This document shows positions 30,161-39,158 of a stretch of DNA of 64,000 bases, in pieces. The notes below the pieces were generated by a model. It had not been told where the DNA came from, searched no databases, and saw only the letters and a list, made by a program, of their open reading frames with translations. The DNA is from a virus. How positions within the stretch are numbered: the stretch's first letter is position 1; the number at the start of each line of letters is the position of its first letter. The stretch is taken from the IMG/VR virus record IMGVR_UViG_3300013111_000325, positions 32,001-96,000 of that record; one strand, given 5' to 3'. A program made the position numbers and the translations under genes.

Positions 30161-30388
30161 ATGATAGATAAAATTCTCGGATGGATTAGATCCATCACAG
30201 AAATAGGTTTATCACTTATAGCACTTGGAGTAGTGCTTCAGATCCTCTTTGGAGCCGCCGTACCGTTTATCGGTTTAGATGTGATCGGTTCTGTAGTAGG
30301 ATTAGTAAAGCAACTTGGAAGCGAAGGACTCGTCGGATTAGTTGCAATTTGGGTATTGTGGGGCATTTATTCTAAACCTAGTGCCTAA
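30161..30388 (+). CDS. Small membrane protein
   Basis: Hydrophobic; AAGGAG RBS. Confidence 0.7.
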   Translation: MIDKILGWIRSITEIGLSLIALGVVLQILFGAAVPFIGLDVIGSVVGLVKQLGSEGLVGLVAIWVLWGIYSKPSA

Positions 30389-30400
30389 TTATTAATTATT

Positions 30401-30433
30401 AGCGGTAAGGTGGAAGACTTACCGCTTTGTTTC
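30401..30433 (+). terminator. Intrinsic terminator-like hairpin before amtB
   Basis: agcggtaag / cttaccgct 9-bp stem followed by ttgtttc. Confidence 0.5.
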
Positions 30434-30447
30434 TCGGAAGGAGAAAG

Positions 30448-31686
30448 ATGGACGATATTCAGTATATTCTGAATACTTTTTTGTTATTATTTTCTGGTGT
30501 GCTTGTTTTTTGGATGGCCGCTGGATTTGCAATGTTAGAATCAGGATTGGTGAGGACGAAAAATACGACCGCAATCCTAACTAAGAATGTTTGTTTATAT
30601 GCTCTTAGTTGTCTAGCATTCCTCGCATGTGGTTATTATCTCATGTATGGAGCCATGTCGGATGGAGACCATGCAGGGACCTCTGACTTCTTTTTTCAAG
30701 TAGTCTTTGTCGCAACAACCGCATCTATTATTTCAGGAGCAATAGCAGAACGAATGAGGTTTTGGTCATTTATGGTTTTTGTTCTTGTACTTTCCGCAAT
30801 CATATATCCTATGCAAGGAGCCTGGACATGGGGTGGGGGATTTCTATCTGAGATGGGGTTCTCTGACTTTGCAGGATCTACAATTGTTCATTCAGTTGGA
30901 GGTTGGGCCGCACTTGCTGGTGTTCTATTATTAGGTGCCAGATCAGGTAAGTATACTGATGACGGAAAAATTAACTTGATTCCCCCTTCAAATCTTCCAT
31001 TAGCAACTTTAGGAACAATGATTCTTTGGTTGGGGTGGTTTGGTTTTAATGGTGGTAGTCAATTGGCAATGGCTACTAAAGCAGATGTAAATGCTATTGC
31101 AAGTGTGTTTGTAAATACAAATATTGCCGCCTGTGCTGGCGCTATTACTGCTATGATTTTGACTCAACTGTTATATAAAAGAGTTGATTTGACGATGGTA
31201 TTGAATGGTGCATTAGCAGGACTAGTTTCTATTACTGCAGGTCCTGATTATCCTACTATGTGGTTAGCAACTGTTATAGGAATAATTGGAGCAGGATTAT
31301 GTGTACTAGCAATCCCTATGTGGGATAAACTAAAAATTGATGATCCGGTAGGAGCATTGTCTGTTCATTTAGTTGCTGGTATATGGGGAACATTAGCAGT
31401 AGGAGTGTTTAATCATGAAGTAAGTTTGATGTCGCAAATACAGGGCATTTTAATTATTGGAGCATTTGTTTTTGGCTCTAGTTTTGCAGTTTGGTATGTT
31501 ATTAAACTAGCAATGGGACTCCGGATTTCTTTGGAAGAAGAAACTCAGGGTATTGACATTGCTGAATTTGGTCATTCTGCTTATACGATAGGTCATGGTG
31601 AATTTGTTACTCATGACGAAATTAAATTAGGTAGAGGAACATTTGTTCCTGAAAGTGAACAATCTCTTAATTTGGTATCAAATTGA
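30448..31686 (+). CDS. amtB: Ammonium transporter (Amt family)
   Basis: GFAMLESG, DFAGSTIVH, LWLGWFGFNGGS, NGALAGLV, IDDPVGALSVH; AAGGAG RBS at ATG 30448. Confidence 0.96.
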   Translation: MDDIQYILNTFLLLFSGVLVFWMAAGFAMLESGLVRTKNTTAILTKNVCLYALSCLAFLACGYYLMYGAMSDGDHAGTSDFFFQVVFVATTASIISGAIAERMRFWSFMVFVLVLSAIIYPMQGAWTWGGGFLSEMGFSDFAGSTIVHSVGGWAALAGVLLLGARSGKYTDDGKINLIPPSNLPLATLGTMILWLGWFGFNGGSQLAMATKADVNAIASVFVNTNIAACAGAITAMILTQLLYKRVDLTMVLNGALAGLVSITAGPDYPTMWLATVIGIIGAGLCVLAIPMWDKLKIDDPVGALSVHLVAGIWGTLAVGVFNHEVSLMSQIQGILIIGAFVFGSSFAVWYVIKLAMGLRISLEEETQGIDIAEFGHSAYTIGHGEFVTHDEIKLGRGTFVPESEQSLNLVSN

Positions 31687-31895
31687 GTAAAATAAAACAG
31701 CCCAACCCAATTTCTGAGGGTTGGGGAGTTTACCGTGAATTAGTTGATGAGGTAGTAGCAAATACACATATGATGAAAGGTGTGCCATTTATAAAATGTC
31801 TAACTCACGATGATTGTCATTTAGATGCATTTTATCCAGGTAAACATTGGAGGTCTCTTAAACAAGATGAGACTGGAAGGTGGATAAAAAAATGA
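31683..31895 (+). CDS. Hypothetical protein
   Basis: Overlaps both neighbours. Confidence 0.5.
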   Translation: MSKIKQPNPISEGWGVYRELVDEVVANTHMMKGVPFIKCLTHDDCHLDAFYPGKHWRSLKQDETGRWIKK

Positions 31896-32818
31896 TTTTA
31901 TTATCTGGTAATTCTAATAAACTGCTTGCAAGTCACATATCAAATCATGCAGGCATTGCATTAGGTGAAATGAAATTGACACGATTTGCTGATGGTGAAA
32001 TCTTTTGTGAAATACATCAGAACATTCGTGGTGAAGATGTCTTTATTATACAAAGCACTTGCAACCCTGCAAACGACAATCTCATGGAATTATTGATTGT
32101 CATTGATGCATGTAAACGTGCGAGTGCCGGTCGCATTACGGCTGTTATGCCTTATTATGGTTACGCTAGACAAGATAGAAAACCCTCCGCTAGAACACCA
32201 ATTTCCGCAAAATTAGTAGCAGATATGATACAAGCATCTGGTGCTGACAGAGTATTGACTATGGATTTACATGCTGGTCAAATACAAGGATTCTTTAACA
32301 TTCCTGTAGATGACTTGAGGTCTAAATCATTATTCGTCAAAGACCTAAAGAAAAAACCAATGGTGAGTAATGGAAATGCACTTATTGTATCACCTGATGC
32401 AGGTGGTGTCAGACGAGCAAGGACTATCGCAAAAGAACTTAATCTGGACATTGCTATCGTAGATAAACGCAGAGACAAAGCGAATGAAAGCGAAGCAATG
32501 AACGTAATCGGTAAAGTCAAAGGAAAGCAATGTATAATAGTAGACGATATAGTGGATACAGGAGGAACATTTGTCAAGGCGGCAGATGCTCTTTTGGCCA
32601 ATGGAGCAGAAGAAGTGCAAGCGTATATAACGCATGGCGTATTAAGCAACGGAGGGATGAAGACTATCAACAAATCCAACATGAGTGGGCTGACCATCAC
32701 TGATTCAATTCCACAATATGATAATCAAAAGGTCAAAGTGCTATCTGTAAGCAAACTATTTGCAGAAGCAATACGCAGAGTGCATCATGACGAATCCATA
32801 TCGGTATTATTCTCATGA
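31892..32818 (+). CDS. prs: Ribose-phosphate pyrophosphokinase (PRPP synthetase)
   Basis: FADGE, PYYGYARQDR, DLHAGQIQGFF, VSPDAGG, VDDIVDTGGT. Confidence 0.97.
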   Translation: MILLSGNSNKLLASHISNHAGIALGEMKLTRFADGEIFCEIHQNIRGEDVFIIQSTCNPANDNLMELLIVIDACKRASAGRITAVMPYYGYARQDRKPSARTPISAKLVADMIQASGADRVLTMDLHAGQIQGFFNIPVDDLRSKSLFVKDLKKKPMVSNGNALIVSPDAGGVRRARTIAKELNLDIAIVDKRRDKANESEAMNVIGKVKGKQCIIVDDIVDTGGTFVKAADALLANGAEEVQAYITHGVLSNGGMKTINKSNMSGLTITDSIPQYDNQKVKVLSVSKLFAEAIRRVHHDESISVLFS

Positions 32819-32900
32819 CACTCTCAATGTTTCTATTTCATTCATTGTGTATCTATGGTGTATATTATATAATTGCAACATGGGATAGTTATGGAATGTT

Positions 32901-33260
32901 ATGATAATAATTCTTTTAACTTTTTTAGTATGGTTTACATTTATTTACATAATATACTCTGCAACAGGTTTTCAACGTGTACGAGAGGTGTACGCAATGT
33001 GGATAGATAAACAATATTGGAAAAAGAGATACAATATCGTAGAGGCTATGGCCTGGAGTGGTAAATTACTAGTTATATTGCCTGCGATATTTTTTAGTTA
33101 TGAAGTATGGTGGGCACATATAATTACATTATTTACATCTGGACTTTTAATTTGGGTTAGTGAACAAAAATTATTACCTACACTTTTAGCGTTCAATACT
33201 TTATGGATAGGTATAAGTTCGTTTATATTGGTTAGACATTTTTCAACCATTATAAGATAG
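32901..33260 (+). CDS. Membrane protein
   Basis: About four TM segments. Confidence 0.65.
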   Translation: MIIILLTFLVWFTFIYIIYSATGFQRVREVYAMWIDKQYWKKRYNIVEAMAWSGKLLVILPAIFFSYEVWWAHIITLFTSGLLIWVSEQKLLPTLLAFNTLWIGISSFILVRHFSTIIR

Positions 33261-33262
33261 TT

Positions 33263-33460
33263 ATGGAATGCTCTGAAATTAATTGTAAAAATATAGGAAC
33301 TATTAACGTGGATAATATTTGGATGCTTTGTTCAAAATGTCATAATAAATGGATTAATCCTGATCAAGAAGGTATAGTTTTGCCTCATCCTACAAGTACA
33401 TTTGAGCATAAAGAAAATAATAGTGGCGAAGTATTCATGTTTGGACCAGATGCAATGTAA
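33263..33460 (+). CDS. Small Cys-rich hypothetical protein
   Basis: CxxxxC...CxxC. Confidence 0.55.
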   Translation: MECSEINCKNIGTINVDNIWMLCSKCHNKWINPDQEGIVLPHPTSTFEHKENNSGEVFMFGPDAM

Positions 33461-33617
33461 TGGGATAGGGCACAATGAATTATACAAAATGGGATTTGAC
33501 GGGGCTTCTATTGCTTTATTAAGAAGATTAACTCCTGAACAATTTCAAAAATTATTTGAAATTTTACAGAAATTTCAAGATGAGAGAGATAAATCAAGTG
33601 AACAAGGATTACCATGA
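33402..33617 (+). CDS. Hypothetical protein (start uncertain)
   Basis: Stop overlaps the next ATG. Confidence 0.45.
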   Translation: MSIKKIIVAKYSCLDQMQCNGIGHNELYKMGFDGASIALLRRLTPEQFQKLFEILQKFQDERDKSSEQGLP

Positions 33618-34054
33618 ACGATTTTCATGTAAGAAAAAACTATTTGTTTGTAGAAGAAGATTTTGTAAGTCACTCAGGTGATGTGTTACACTGGAAAATA
33701 GAATGTGATGCTATAACTTCACCTGAATGGAAATGTCTTGCGAGAATGATTATGGAATATGAGAAAAGACCTTTTTGTGCCGCTATAGGAATACCGAGAG
33801 GTGGTCTGGAACTCAGTAGATGGTTAAACGAATATTCAACTCAAAATTCTGATGATCCATATCTTATTTGTGACGATGTACTGACAACTGGTGGTTCTTT
33901 TGATGATTTTGTTGATGAAAATTTTAAAGGTGAAGAATATTTTGGATGGTGTATATTTGCAAGAAATAAACCAAAACAAGATTGGGTAAATGCGTTGTTT
34001 CAAATGCCAAAAACATGGGCAGACAATCCTAATAATCTAGAATATCATAAATAA
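33614..34054 (+). CDS. Orotate-phosphoribosyltransferase-like protein
   Basis: FVSHSG, GIPRGG, ICDDVLTTGGS PRPP-binding loop. Confidence 0.75.
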   Translation: MNDFHVRKNYLFVEEDFVSHSGDVLHWKIECDAITSPEWKCLARMIMEYEKRPFCAAIGIPRGGLELSRWLNEYSTQNSDDPYLICDDVLTTGGSFDDFVDENFKGEEYFGWCIFARNKPKQDWVNALFQMPKTWADNPNNLEYHK

Positions 34055-34059
34055 TTTTT

Positions 34060-34122
34060 TTAATGAATTAATATTAAATAAGCAACATAAACATTAAGGA
34101 TTAATAATGCTACTTCAAACAT
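34060..34122 (-). CDS. Putative 20-aa hydrophobic micropeptide (MFEVALLILNVYVAYLILIH)
   Basis: Read by hand; minus-strand TATAAATA at 34174-34167 and purine-rich AGAGAAGAG upstream of the ATG. Confidence 0.35.
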   Translation of the reverse strand: MFEVALLILNVYVAYLILIH

Positions 34123-34269
34123 AGTTCTCTTCTCTTATAATTAATCTTGTGATTCCAATACCTCTGTATTTATAATAAGAGAAATTTCAAAATGGATATA
34201 TACTATGTAAAATAAATATTACGAAACTCTCCATGGACGGAAATTCAACAACAATTACAAAGGTGATAT

Positions 34270-34614
34270 ATGGAAGAGATATTTAACTCTATGAATTTAA
34301 TCATGATTGGAATAATACTTTTCTCATCTTTTTGGATCTTTTTATTTAACTACCGTCAAGACCATAAAGAAAAATATAAAGGGAATATACCTCTCATCCT
34401 TTTCGATCTATTAATCAATCTGGGAATGTCAGTCTCAGGATTTCTATTAATTTTAGTAGTCTTTAATAATGTGCCTCAAGCACAAGCATATGATTCCTAC
34501 AAATATCCTGTAGGATTCTTATTTGGTCTGACCTCAAATGTGAGTATTCCAATCGTACTTAAATGGTTTTCACAACAAATAACGGCTAAATTATCCGAGG
34601 TAGGCAAAAAGTAA
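34270..34614 (+). CDS. Membrane protein (about 3 TM)
   Basis: AAGGTG RBS; hydrophobic segments. Confidence 0.65.
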   Translation: MEEIFNSMNLIMIGIILFSSFWIFLFNYRQDHKEKYKGNIPLILFDLLINLGMSVSGFLLILVVFNNVPQAQAYDSYKYPVGFLFGLTSNVSIPIVLKWFSQQITAKLSEVGKK

Positions 34615-34641
34615 ATAATTAATTGAATAAGGGGTTTGTCA

Positions 34642-35103
34642 ATGGCTGAGCAAAAAACCAAAAAGCCAGAAGGTGTTGGTCAAGAAATAGAAACCGAAGG
34701 AGGAGAGGTTAGATTTGAACCTGTCAAAAAGATTGAAGAAGATACTTTTGATGCAGTAAAAAGTCTTAAAACCTTTATCTTCATAACAATAGGATTGCTA
34801 GTTTATTTGTTATTTCTAGTCATTCCTGGAATTGAAGAAAAGGTTGAATGGATTGAAAAGGATCTTACTTCGGTCTTGGTAACAAGCGAAAGATATAAGG
34901 CGGCAACGAGAGTATTTGCAAAAGGTAATGAATGCTCTACATGTCACCTTGAACCAGATTATCTCATATCTGGGCTCCAAGCGACTTATCCAAGTTTTGC
35001 TGATCTTAAAGCATTCATGACAATAGGTCATCAAAAATACTACACAATGGCAACACCCATGCCAGATGAAGAACTCATGAACATTTACAGGGTCCTCAAG
35101 TGA
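34642..35103 (+). CDS. Membrane-anchored c-type cytochrome-like protein
   Basis: TM helix, then CSTCH (CxxCH) and downstream Met residues. Confidence 0.55.
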   Translation: MAEQKTKKPEGVGQEIETEGGEVRFEPVKKIEEDTFDAVKSLKTFIFITIGLLVYLLFLVIPGIEEKVEWIEKDLTSVLVTSERYKAATRVFAKGNECSTCHLEPDYLISGLQATYPSFADLKAFMTIGHQKYYTMATPMPDEELMNIYRVLK

Positions 35104-36575
35104 AGATTAAAATCTTTTTCGCTATGCTCACAATGTTTTGGATTCTTGGTATATCGCAAGGATATGTGCTCCAAGGGTCTGAAATGATTGAGATTGAAGC
35201 ACAATTTACCATAAGAAATCGTCTTGATATTGATGCCATGATGAAACTCGCAGGTTATACTGAACGAGGTGATTTTCTTATGGAAATGGAAAATGTAACA
35301 GGTGATCGTGATTGGGATCGTAATGTAGATAAAGGTGATACATTTGTCTTACCTTCTATGCACAAACCAGAACGACAATTCAATGAGGGTATCAATTATA
35401 AAGAGATGATGTCACTCAATACTCCACCAGATAATGATACAGAAGAAGTTGAAGTCAATTCAATCATAAAAAAAGACGAATTAGATGCACTCAAAAAAGA
35501 ATTAGAACGACTTAAACAAGTAGAGCAACAACATAAACAAAAGCATATGAGTGATATGTATGTTGTAGGTTCGGAATATAAACCTGGGTTTGGTGATACA
35601 GTCAAACGAATAAAAGAAAGAGGATATGTTGTGTGCGGAACATATGCTGATACACCAGGATTTAGCGAAGAATTTCTTAAAAGAAGTGACGGGGAACCGC
35701 CAGGTTGGGTTGGATTTGATGTAGATATTTGTAGAGCATTTGCAGTAGCATTATTTCTTGATAAAACAAAGATAGAGTTTATTCCAATCAATGGTAGAAC
35801 ACGCTTTGAGAGATTGTTTGATGGCTCAATTGACATTTTATCTGCTACAACAACATGGACTTTTTCAAGAGATGTAGACTGGAGAATAGAGTTTTTACCT
35901 ACTGTATTCTTTGATGGACAGGGTTTCATAGTAAGAAAAAATCTTGGTGTCAAGAGTGCAAAAGATATGATGAATGCAAGAGTTTGTTTCAATACCGGTT
36001 CTACCGCCGCACAAAACATTAAAGATTTCTTTAATAAGTGGCAGATTAATTTTATACCGGTACCAGTACCACCATCAGATAGTCCAAAAGTTTATTATCT
36101 TGATAATGATTGTGACATGTACGGTACAGATATGTCAGCATTAGCAGGGCACAAAGCACGATTTCAGTATCCAGAACGTCATGTTATATTACCAGAAATT
36201 ATATCAAAGGAACCTCTTGGACCAGCAGTAAAATATGGAGATCAATTATGGTCTGATATAGTAAGATGGACAGTCAATGTAATATTTTTAGCGGAGGAGT
36301 TGGGAATTACGTCACAGAATATAGAAGATTATATGGAGAATATTGATCCTGTGATACAACGATTTATGGGTGAGCGTAATGGAGGAGATTCACAAAATTT
36401 AGGTTCCAAGTTAGGATTAAATGCTAATTGGAGTATAGAAATTATAAGACAGATTGGTAATTATGAAGAAATATATGAAAAACATGTTGGACCTAACACC
36501 GATTTAGGTCTCACGAGAGGATTAAACAAACTCTACACTGATGGAGGTTTGTTGTATGCACCCCCTCTAAAATAG
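35100..36575 (+). CDS. General L-amino-acid ABC transporter substrate-binding protein (AapJ/BztA-like) with N-terminal extension
   Basis: GFDVDICRA, TTWTFSRD, FFDGQGF, ISKEPLGP, GNYEEIY, GGLLYAPP. Confidence 0.9.
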   Translation: MKIKIFFAMLTMFWILGISQGYVLQGSEMIEIEAQFTIRNRLDIDAMMKLAGYTERGDFLMEMENVTGDRDWDRNVDKGDTFVLPSMHKPERQFNEGINYKEMMSLNTPPDNDTEEVEVNSIIKKDELDALKKELERLKQVEQQHKQKHMSDMYVVGSEYKPGFGDTVKRIKERGYVVCGTYADTPGFSEEFLKRSDGEPPGWVGFDVDICRAFAVALFLDKTKIEFIPINGRTRFERLFDGSIDILSATTTWTFSRDVDWRIEFLPTVFFDGQGFIVRKNLGVKSAKDMMNARVCFNTGSTAAQNIKDFFNKWQINFIPVPVPPSDSPKVYYLDNDCDMYGTDMSALAGHKARFQYPERHVILPEIISKEPLGPAVKYGDQLWSDIVRWTVNVIFLAEELGITSQNIEDYMENIDPVIQRFMGERNGGDSQNLGSKLGLNANWSIEIIRQIGNYEEIYEKHVGPNTDLGLTRGLNKLYTDGGLLYAPPLK

Positions 36576-36594
36576 ATCCCACCTAAATAATTTC

Positions 36595-36837
36595 ATGAGA
36601 ACAGAAGAGCAGATTAGAAGAGAAATTCAAATATTAAAAGATGTTCCATCCTTAATTGAGTTATCGAAGAAAATTTATGATGTTTTACCTGAAACTCACA
36701 AAGGGCGAAATGAGATTGTAAAACAGGTCACACGTTTACGTAAAGATTTAATACGTTTAGATGTTCTTTGTCAAGATATTGAATGGGGTTTACTTCAGCG
36801 AGAGGTGCGTGAAAAATATAGAAATAAAGAACCATGA
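36595..36837 (+). CDS. Hypothetical protein
   Basis: ORF in operon, preceded by late-like CTAAATA. Confidence 0.55.
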   Translation: MRTEEQIRREIQILKDVPSLIELSKKIYDVLPETHKGRNEIVKQVTRLRKDLIRLDVLCQDIEWGLLQREVREKYRNKEP

Positions 36838-37115
36838 GTATAAATTATATCATTAATCGGTATTGGAAGGATTGGGCGGGGATTTTGTATCTTTTTCTAT
36901 GCTTCACCGATTTCTTTGTCGCACCATTAATGTGGAACATGAGGATGGAAACTTATTGTCACAAAATGGTTGACAAAGGTTTAGTGTGTGATGCTACACG
37001 ATGGGAACCGTTGACATTACAGATGGGTGGTATGTTTCACATAGCATTTGCAGGCATACTCGGAGTCGCAACTTGGAAGAAGAAAGAAGAGAATGAAACT
37101 TCTTGGAAAGATTAA
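36834..37115 (+). CDS. Holin-like membrane protein (3TM holin family)
   Basis: W..WAG..Y...C..DF..AP...W.PLTL..GG.FH.A..ILG pattern. Confidence 0.6.
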   Translation: MSINYIINRYWKDWAGILYLFLCFTDFFVAPLMWNMRMETYCHKMVDKGLVCDATRWEPLTLQMGGMFHIAFAGILGVATWKKKEENETSWKD

Positions 37116-37821
37116 CCTAGTATTCATATTATTCATTTTTACATCCTGTCTATCAACTAATCAATTTTTAAATATGGGCGGAGCAAACGGTACAAAAGAA
37201 AATCTACCAGTAGGCATAGATGTTCTTGTTGAGATGGCAGATTATTGTGAGAAAATCTACGATGACGGCAAGGAGATACAAGATAATGAATTCTCATATA
37301 ATGTGGTTCAAGATCGTGGTGTCACTATTGTTATCATACGTGGTACTAATAACGGTAGAAATGTTCTCTCAGATCTTGACGCCAGACCCTTTCAAGACAA
37401 AAAACTATCGGCAGGAATTCATAAAGGATTCCGAGATGCCGCTGAAAAAATCAAAGAAGATTTGATAGAGAATCATGCCATTGAAGAGATGGTCATATTC
37501 ACAGGTCACTCTCTTGGAGGTGCAGTAGCACAAATACTGGGGTTGTGGTTTGAGAATGATGCATACGAAGTACAGATATACACCTTTGGTTCACCTTCAG
37601 TAATCATGGAACAATTATGGATGGATGGGCATTTCAGAGTTTATCTAGAAAACGATCCTGTTCCTTTTCTCCCACCTTACCCATATGTTCATTGGGGTAT
37701 CAGAATAAATGCAGAAACACTTGATTGGGATGAAGATCATCCAATTGGCGATGTTACAAAAATTGATGCGAGGGATCATTCAATAAAAGAGTATAAGAAA
37801 GTGTTAAAAAGACATTTATGA
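37093..37821 (+). CDS. Class 3 lipase, putative lipoprotein
   Basis: Lipobox-like FTSC; IRGT, HKGF, TGHSLGGA, TFGSP, DPVP. Confidence 0.85.
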   Translation: MKLLGKINLVFILFIFTSCLSTNQFLNMGGANGTKENLPVGIDVLVEMADYCEKIYDDGKEIQDNEFSYNVVQDRGVTIVIIRGTNNGRNVLSDLDARPFQDKKLSAGIHKGFRDAAEKIKEDLIENHAIEEMVIFTGHSLGGAVAQILGLWFENDAYEVQIYTFGSPSVIMEQLWMDGHFRVYLENDPVPFLPPYPYVHWGIRINAETLDWDEDHPIGDVTKIDARDHSIKEYKKVLKRHL

Positions 37822-38288
37822 TGCTAAAAGAAGCAACTCATGTACAGGAAGTGGGTAAGATTATTGAAACTGATCCTGTAAGAAGGAATATCGTACCTGC
37901 TTTAAGAATAAAAAATGGTGCGAGAGTATTTTATTATGGTGAACCAGAGAATTTGATAGCCGCCGTTTGTATGCATACGTCAAGAATAATACCAGACAGT
38001 GAGGAACAATTGCTCACGGAATATCATTGGGGTGGTGCATGTAAGGGAGGAAACAAAGCAATATTTTATAGTCTTTGGTCACATGTAAATGGTATGGGCA
38101 GACAGTTACTAAATATTTCATTGGCCCAATTGGTATTAGAAAATAAACACGAGAGATATATAACACTCTCACCTAAAACAGAAATGGCTAAAAAGTTTCA
38201 CGAAAGCAACGGAGCCAAACTTATTCATGAATCATTGTGGGCTTATAACTTTGAGTATTTCATAAGACACGGAAACGAAGATGAATAA
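37818..38288 (+). CDS. Hypothetical protein, possibly GNAT fold
   Basis: FYSLWS..GMGRQLL and A.KFH..NGA resemble acetyl-CoA-binding motifs. Confidence 0.5.
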   Translation: MMLKEATHVQEVGKIIETDPVRRNIVPALRIKNGARVFYYGEPENLIAAVCMHTSRIIPDSEEQLLTEYHWGGACKGGNKAIFYSLWSHVNGMGRQLLNISLAQLVLENKHERYITLSPKTEMAKKFHESNGAKLIHESLWAYNFEYFIRHGNEDE

Positions 38289-38871
38289 ATGGGACCTTTC
38301 AAATTTTGATAACAAAGAGGATGCACATGTAGGGTTTCAACAAGTACCAGAGAATAGAACGGCAGTTGATAATATATTGCGATTGAATTATAACAATCAA
38401 TTGCGTTTAACATTGATGGCTGACACCAAAGCAAATATCATGATTACAGTTAGTTCAATTGTGTTTTCTATTACAGTTGCAAATATTACAAACGAAATGT
38501 TATTATATCCTCTCATGGCATTGGGTATTTGTTCAGTTGTGGCACTGGTTTGTGCTATCATAGTGATTATGCCAAAGATTGACTATCCAAAAACAAAGAC
38601 AGGTAAAATAGATAAGTCTTCACCATTCTATAATCCATTATTCTTTGGGCATTTTGCTCACATATCAATACGAGAGTATAAAGAAGAATATGCTAAACGA
38701 TTGATGACAGATGCACAAATTATGGATGCATTGACAGGTGACATATATGGTATAGGTAGAGTAATTGCAACGAATAAATTTAAGTATTTGCGTTATAGTT
38801 ACATGACATTTCTTGTGGGAATATCATTAGCAATAAGTATATTTACATTCCAAATTATATTCGTTTCATAA
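38281..38871 (+). CDS. Pycsar-effector-like (DUF5706) transmembrane protein
   Basis: ADTKANIMI, two N-terminal TMs, PLFFGHF, K(F)KYLRYSY followed by a C-terminal TM. Confidence 0.75.
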   Translation: MNKWDLSNFDNKEDAHVGFQQVPENRTAVDNILRLNYNNQLRLTLMADTKANIMITVSSIVFSITVANITNEMLLYPLMALGICSVVALVCAIIVIMPKIDYPKTKTGKIDKSSPFYNPLFFGHFAHISIREYKEEYAKRLMTDAQIMDALTGDIYGIGRVIATNKFKYLRYSYMTFLVGISLAISIFTFQIIFVS

Positions 38872-38906
38872 ATAGAGATATTAACCACAATGATTGAAAG
38901 GAAAAA

Positions 38907-39158
38907 ATGTCAAGAAGTGAAATTAAGGATTGGATTGTAATGTCATTAAGTGTAGGAACAATTATTTTGTTGTTCGTAATTACAATCGGTGACTTTATGA
39001 ATGCAATGGAAACAAATAGAGAACCTAGTAAAGACGTAATTAACTTATTATCAATGGCAATAACTGGTATTGTTGGTATTATTGCTGGCTTTATTTCTGG
39101 TAAAAATGCAGCCGATCAGGCAAAGCAACAAGCGGAAGCACAAGGAGCCCAAAAGTGA
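38907..39158 (+). CDS. Small 2-TM membrane protein
   Basis: Preceded by late-like CATAAATA (38867-38874). Confidence 0.6.
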   Translation: MSRSEIKDWIVMSLSVGTIILLFVITIGDFMNAMETNREPSKDVINLLSMAITGIVGIIAGFISGKNAADQAKQQAEAQGAQK

